A stretch of 64,000 bases of DNA from Candidatus Hydrogenedentota bacterium (lineage in GTDB: Bacteria > Hydrogenedentota > Hydrogenedentia > Hydrogenedentales > SLHB01), in contig CAVUWV010000010.1 of NCBI GenBank assembly GCA_963745075.1, forward strand, positions 352,001 to 416,000. The letters run 5' to 3'. Below the pieces are notes generated by a model. That model saw only the letters and a list, made by a program, of their open reading frames with translations. It searched no databases and had not been told where the DNA came from. The translations under genes and the position numbers were made by a program. Positions 61,072-64,000 of the stretch are shown one piece after another. Position 1 is the first letter of the stretch. Every line of letters starts with the position of its first letter.

Positions 61072-61870
61072 TTAATGCTTCTTCAGTAGTGCGGCGTGCA
61101 ACTCGCAGACAGACGCGAAGACGTAATCCGGTTTCCGCTCAACCTTTCCCAAATCGGCACCTGTGGTCTCGCCGCTGAGCACGAGGATCGACGCGATGCC
61201 TGCGTTGTACGCCATCTGCATGTCGGTATAGAGGCGGTCGCCGACCATGGCGGTGGTGTCGGGTTGTGGCGGCGAGTTTTTCCAGCGCCATGCGGACCAT
61301 CGTCGGGTTGGGTTTACCAATGAACTCGGGCGTGCGGCCGGTGGCCTCGTGGAGCAGCGCGGCCATGGACGCGCAATCCGGGATGTATCCGTACTCGGTC
61401 GGGCATACCTTGTCGGGATTGGTGGCGTAATACGGCAGACCTTCGCGCAAGAGCAGGCACGCGCGTTCGAGCTTCTCGTACGTGAGGGTTCGGTCGAACG
61501 CCAGCACGACGGCCTCGGGATCGGTTTCCGTACGCGTCAGCCCGGCGTCGTCTACTTCCGCCTCGAAGGACGGCGTGCCCACGACGTAGACACGACGGTG
61601 GGAAGTCTCCGCGATCAAGTAACGGACGGTCGCCTCGCCGGAGGTCAGCACATCGCTCCGCGTAGCGGCGATTCCCATCGTCGTCAGCTTCTCCGCGTAC
61701 CGTTGCGCGTCGGCCGAACTGTTGTTCGTGAAGAAGAGAAAGCGCGGGCCGGTGTCGCGCAGATACTGGACGAACTCGGGCGCCCCCGGAATGGGTGTGG
61801 GCCCGAGATATATCGTCCCATCCATATCGAGCAGAAATGATTCGATCCTGTTGAGGTCGACTCGGCTCAC
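61072..61870 (-). CDS. HAD-IIA hydrolase (NagD-like; extra base near 61264)
   Basis: LLDMDGTIY, TNNSS and IGKPNP, then MVGDRLYTD...LVLSGET in the next frame. Confidence 0.88.
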
Positions 61871-62868
61871 GGGACCCGCTGCATGGTGGCAAAGGAGGGG
61901 ACAACGGGAAACACGTCACCCGGATATTGTTTGAACTCGACGTGGCCATCCATATACAGCACGTTGACCCCGCTGGGCTCGGTATGGGCGAAGGTCGGGT
62001 TCCCGTTTGCATCCTGGTGGATCGTGTCCCACATGATGGGCGTCACCGGAATCCAGGGAAAGGGTGCGGGTTCGCCCAGGCCCTGGTAGAGAATGCCGGC
62101 TCCGTGCCATGGGACCGTTATCCCGTCGCCTTTGTCGTTGCCGACGTGCTCCACCCACCGGGTTCCCAAGGCCTTCAAGTAGCGGGACGGCCGGATTCCG
62201 GTATACCGCTCGGCCTGGATCGCGCGGAAGTCCCGCGATTCGGTCGGCTGAAGGTGGGCAAGCAGCGCAACAATGTTGGCGGGACCCGACGCGGGTAACC
62301 CATACTCCAACGCTTCTTCCCGGGTCACGACGTGAAAACTCGCGTCGAAGGGATCGATTCGCCATCCGAGATAGGTATAGGTGGCGTCGCCTCGCGTCAT
62401 GTCCCCGGTGAATGCGCAGGAATGCCAGGACGCGTCTTCCGCTATGCCGTACGTCACGGGATCCAATCGCCATTGCTTCAGGATGACTGGCCCCACCTTT
62501 GTCGGCGGCAGAAGGCCCGGCGCGTCCGGACAGGCGTACAGCAATGGATCGTTCGCGTAGTCGGGAAAGACAATGCGCCGGTCCGGCGAAAAATCGAAAT
62601 GGTCGTCGATGTTGAGACAGCCCGGCGCGTTCGACGCAGCGCCGAAGGATTCGAAGCCGTGCGGCATCGGCCATCGCCAATCGTTCTCCCGGCTGTACAT
62701 CGAGAAAATCGTGCCCCATTGCCGTAGGTTGTCCTGGCACGTGCGCAACTGCACGGGATAACGCGTGTTGTGGATTACGGGCAGCGCCAGCAAAACGCCC
62801 ACCACAATCACCACGAGAATCACCACCAATTCGATCCAGCGAAGCGTAGATCGTCTTTTACCAGCCAT
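61867..62868 (-). CDS. Prepilin-like H-X9-DG domain protein (DUF1559-like)
   Basis: IELVVILVVI..LALP, CQDNLRQWG...MY and H...GVNVLYMDGHVEF. Confidence 0.82.
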   Translation of the reverse strand: MAGKRRSTLRWIELVVILVVIVVGVLLALPVIHNTRYPVQLRTCQDNLRQWGTIFSMYSRENDWRWPMPHGFESFGAASNAPGCLNIDDHFDFSPDRRIVFPDYANDPLLYACPDAPGLLPPTKVGPVILKQWRLDPVTYGIAEDASWHSCAFTGDMTRGDATYTYLGWRIDPFDASFHVVTREEALEYGLPASGPANIVALLAHLQPTESRDFRAIQAERYTGIRPSRYLKALGTRWVEHVGNDKGDGITVPWHGAGILYQGLGEPAPFPWIPVTPIMWDTIHQDANGNPTFAHTEPSGVNVLYMDGHVEFKQYPGDVFPVVPSFATMQRVP

Positions 62869-63074
62869 AGCCTGCAACTTCCTTTAGCGGTTGAACTGCC
62901 GTAACCAAACGTGCGTAACCGACGTGCGGAAACGCGCTATTGTCGCAAGGACGCGAATTGCCGTCAAGCCGGGTGTCCTCTTCGGGCAGGAATCGGGCCC
63001 TTCGGGTGTTGGCTACCAGAGGCGCGACGGCTCGCGCCGGTTGTGGTAGCATAGGTCCGGCATCTGGGAGCATC

Positions 63075-64000
63075 ATGAAGAAATTCGGTTTGAACGAGAC
63101 CGTGGACATTGTCGTCGTTGGCGCGGGGCCGGCGGCGCTGGGCGTGTTGCACGCCGCGAAGCAAGCGGATTTGAAAGCCATCGCCATCGACAAAGGGCCG
63201 GTTTGCAGCGCGCTGTGTTCGCATCCCACCTATATGCGCTGGTTTTCCACGACGGACAAACTGGAACTCGCCGGGTTTCCACTCGTGACGACGGAAAAGA
63301 ATCCAACGCGTCAGGAGTACCTGAAGTATTGCCGGGCCTTCGTCAACTACTTCGACTTGAAAGTCGTCACGTATTGCGAAGTCATTTCGGTGCAACCGGC
63401 CGACGACATCTTCACGATTGTGGGCAAGGACATGTTCGGCCGCGAATACCTCTGGGTAGCCCGCAATGTCGTAATGGCCACGGGCTTCTACGACAGTCCT
63501 CGTCCCATGGGCATCCCGGGCGAGGATCTGCCCAAGGTGAATCACCGGTATACGGAAGCCCATTGGTACGCCGATCACGACGTCATGATTATCGGCGCGG
63601 GGAGTTCGGCGGCGGAAATTGCGCTGGAACTGTGGCGTAACGGCGCACGCGTGTCCGTCGCCATGCGGGGCGACCGGTTCCATACGAAATACTGGATCGA
63701 GCCCGATATCGAAAACCGAATCAAGGAGGGGTCGATCGCGTGCTTCCGCAACGTCGAAGTCCGCGAGATCCGGCCGGATGACGTATTGCTCGAGGCGCAG
63801 AGTGGGGGATTTACCATCGTCCCCAACGACTTCGTGCTCGCCATGACCGGCTACGAGCCGGATACCTCGCTCATCGAAAACGTCGGGGCCGAGGTGGACC
63901 AGGCCTGCGGTAAACCGGCATTGTCAGAGCACTTCGAGACGACGGTCCCCGGCCTCTATGTGGCGGGCACCCTCTGCGCAGGCCAGGAATCAAACATCGT
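63075..64000 (+). CDS. YpdA-family FAD-dependent disulfide reductase (runs off the window)
   Basis: Manual translation: VVVGAGP, HPTYMRWFST...LE, PTRQEYLKY, ATGFYD, HRYTEAH, IIGAGSSA and AMTGY. Confidence 0.82.
   Translation, partial: MKKFGLNETVDIVVVGAGPAALGVLHAAKQADLKAIAIDKGPVCSALCSHPTYMRWFSTTDKLELAGFPLVTTEKNPTRQEYLKYCRAFVNYFDLKVVTYCEVISVQPADDIFTIVGKDMFGREYLWVARNVVMATGFYDSPRPMGIPGEDLPKVNHRYTEAHWYADHDVMIIGAGSSAAEIALELWRNGARVSVAMRGDRFHTKYWIEPDIENRIKEGSIACFRNVEVREIRPDDVLLEAQSGGFTIVPNDFVLAMTGYEPDTSLIENVGAEVDQACGKPALSEHFETTVPGLYVAGTLCAGQESNI

Overview
GC-rich bacterial chromosomal window. The gene repertoire (H-X9-DG protein, ECF sigma fused to carboxypeptidase-regulatory-like repeats, CFI-box-CTERM-like protease) suggests Hydrogenedentes or a Planctomycete-like lineage, but this is inference only. 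Much of it is housekeeping or metabolic: sugar catabolism, rsmD, nrdR, exeA/gspB, ferredoxin, gadB, dnaN, a pilB/gspE ATPase and a YpdA-like reductase. Four features stand out. (1) A hidden plesiocin-type graspetide RiPP locus at 21.5-22.6 kb: a 51-aa precursor with an LFIRDL leader and two TTxxxxEE cores, translationally coupled to an ATP-grasp ligase and divergent from an NRDE/TANGO2 gene. (2) An array of three 5'-truncated Rhs modules at 44.4-51.2 kb with different C-terminal tips, a variable lectin-like insert, and small hairpins inserted in frame into coding sequence. (3) A probable oriC around dnaN (DnaA-trios and DnaA boxes) with no adjacent dnaA. (4) Many REP-like and short-period repeat families. 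Several genes carry single-base indels, which may be sequencing or assembly errors. No rRNA, tRNA, CRISPR array or transposase was recognised.
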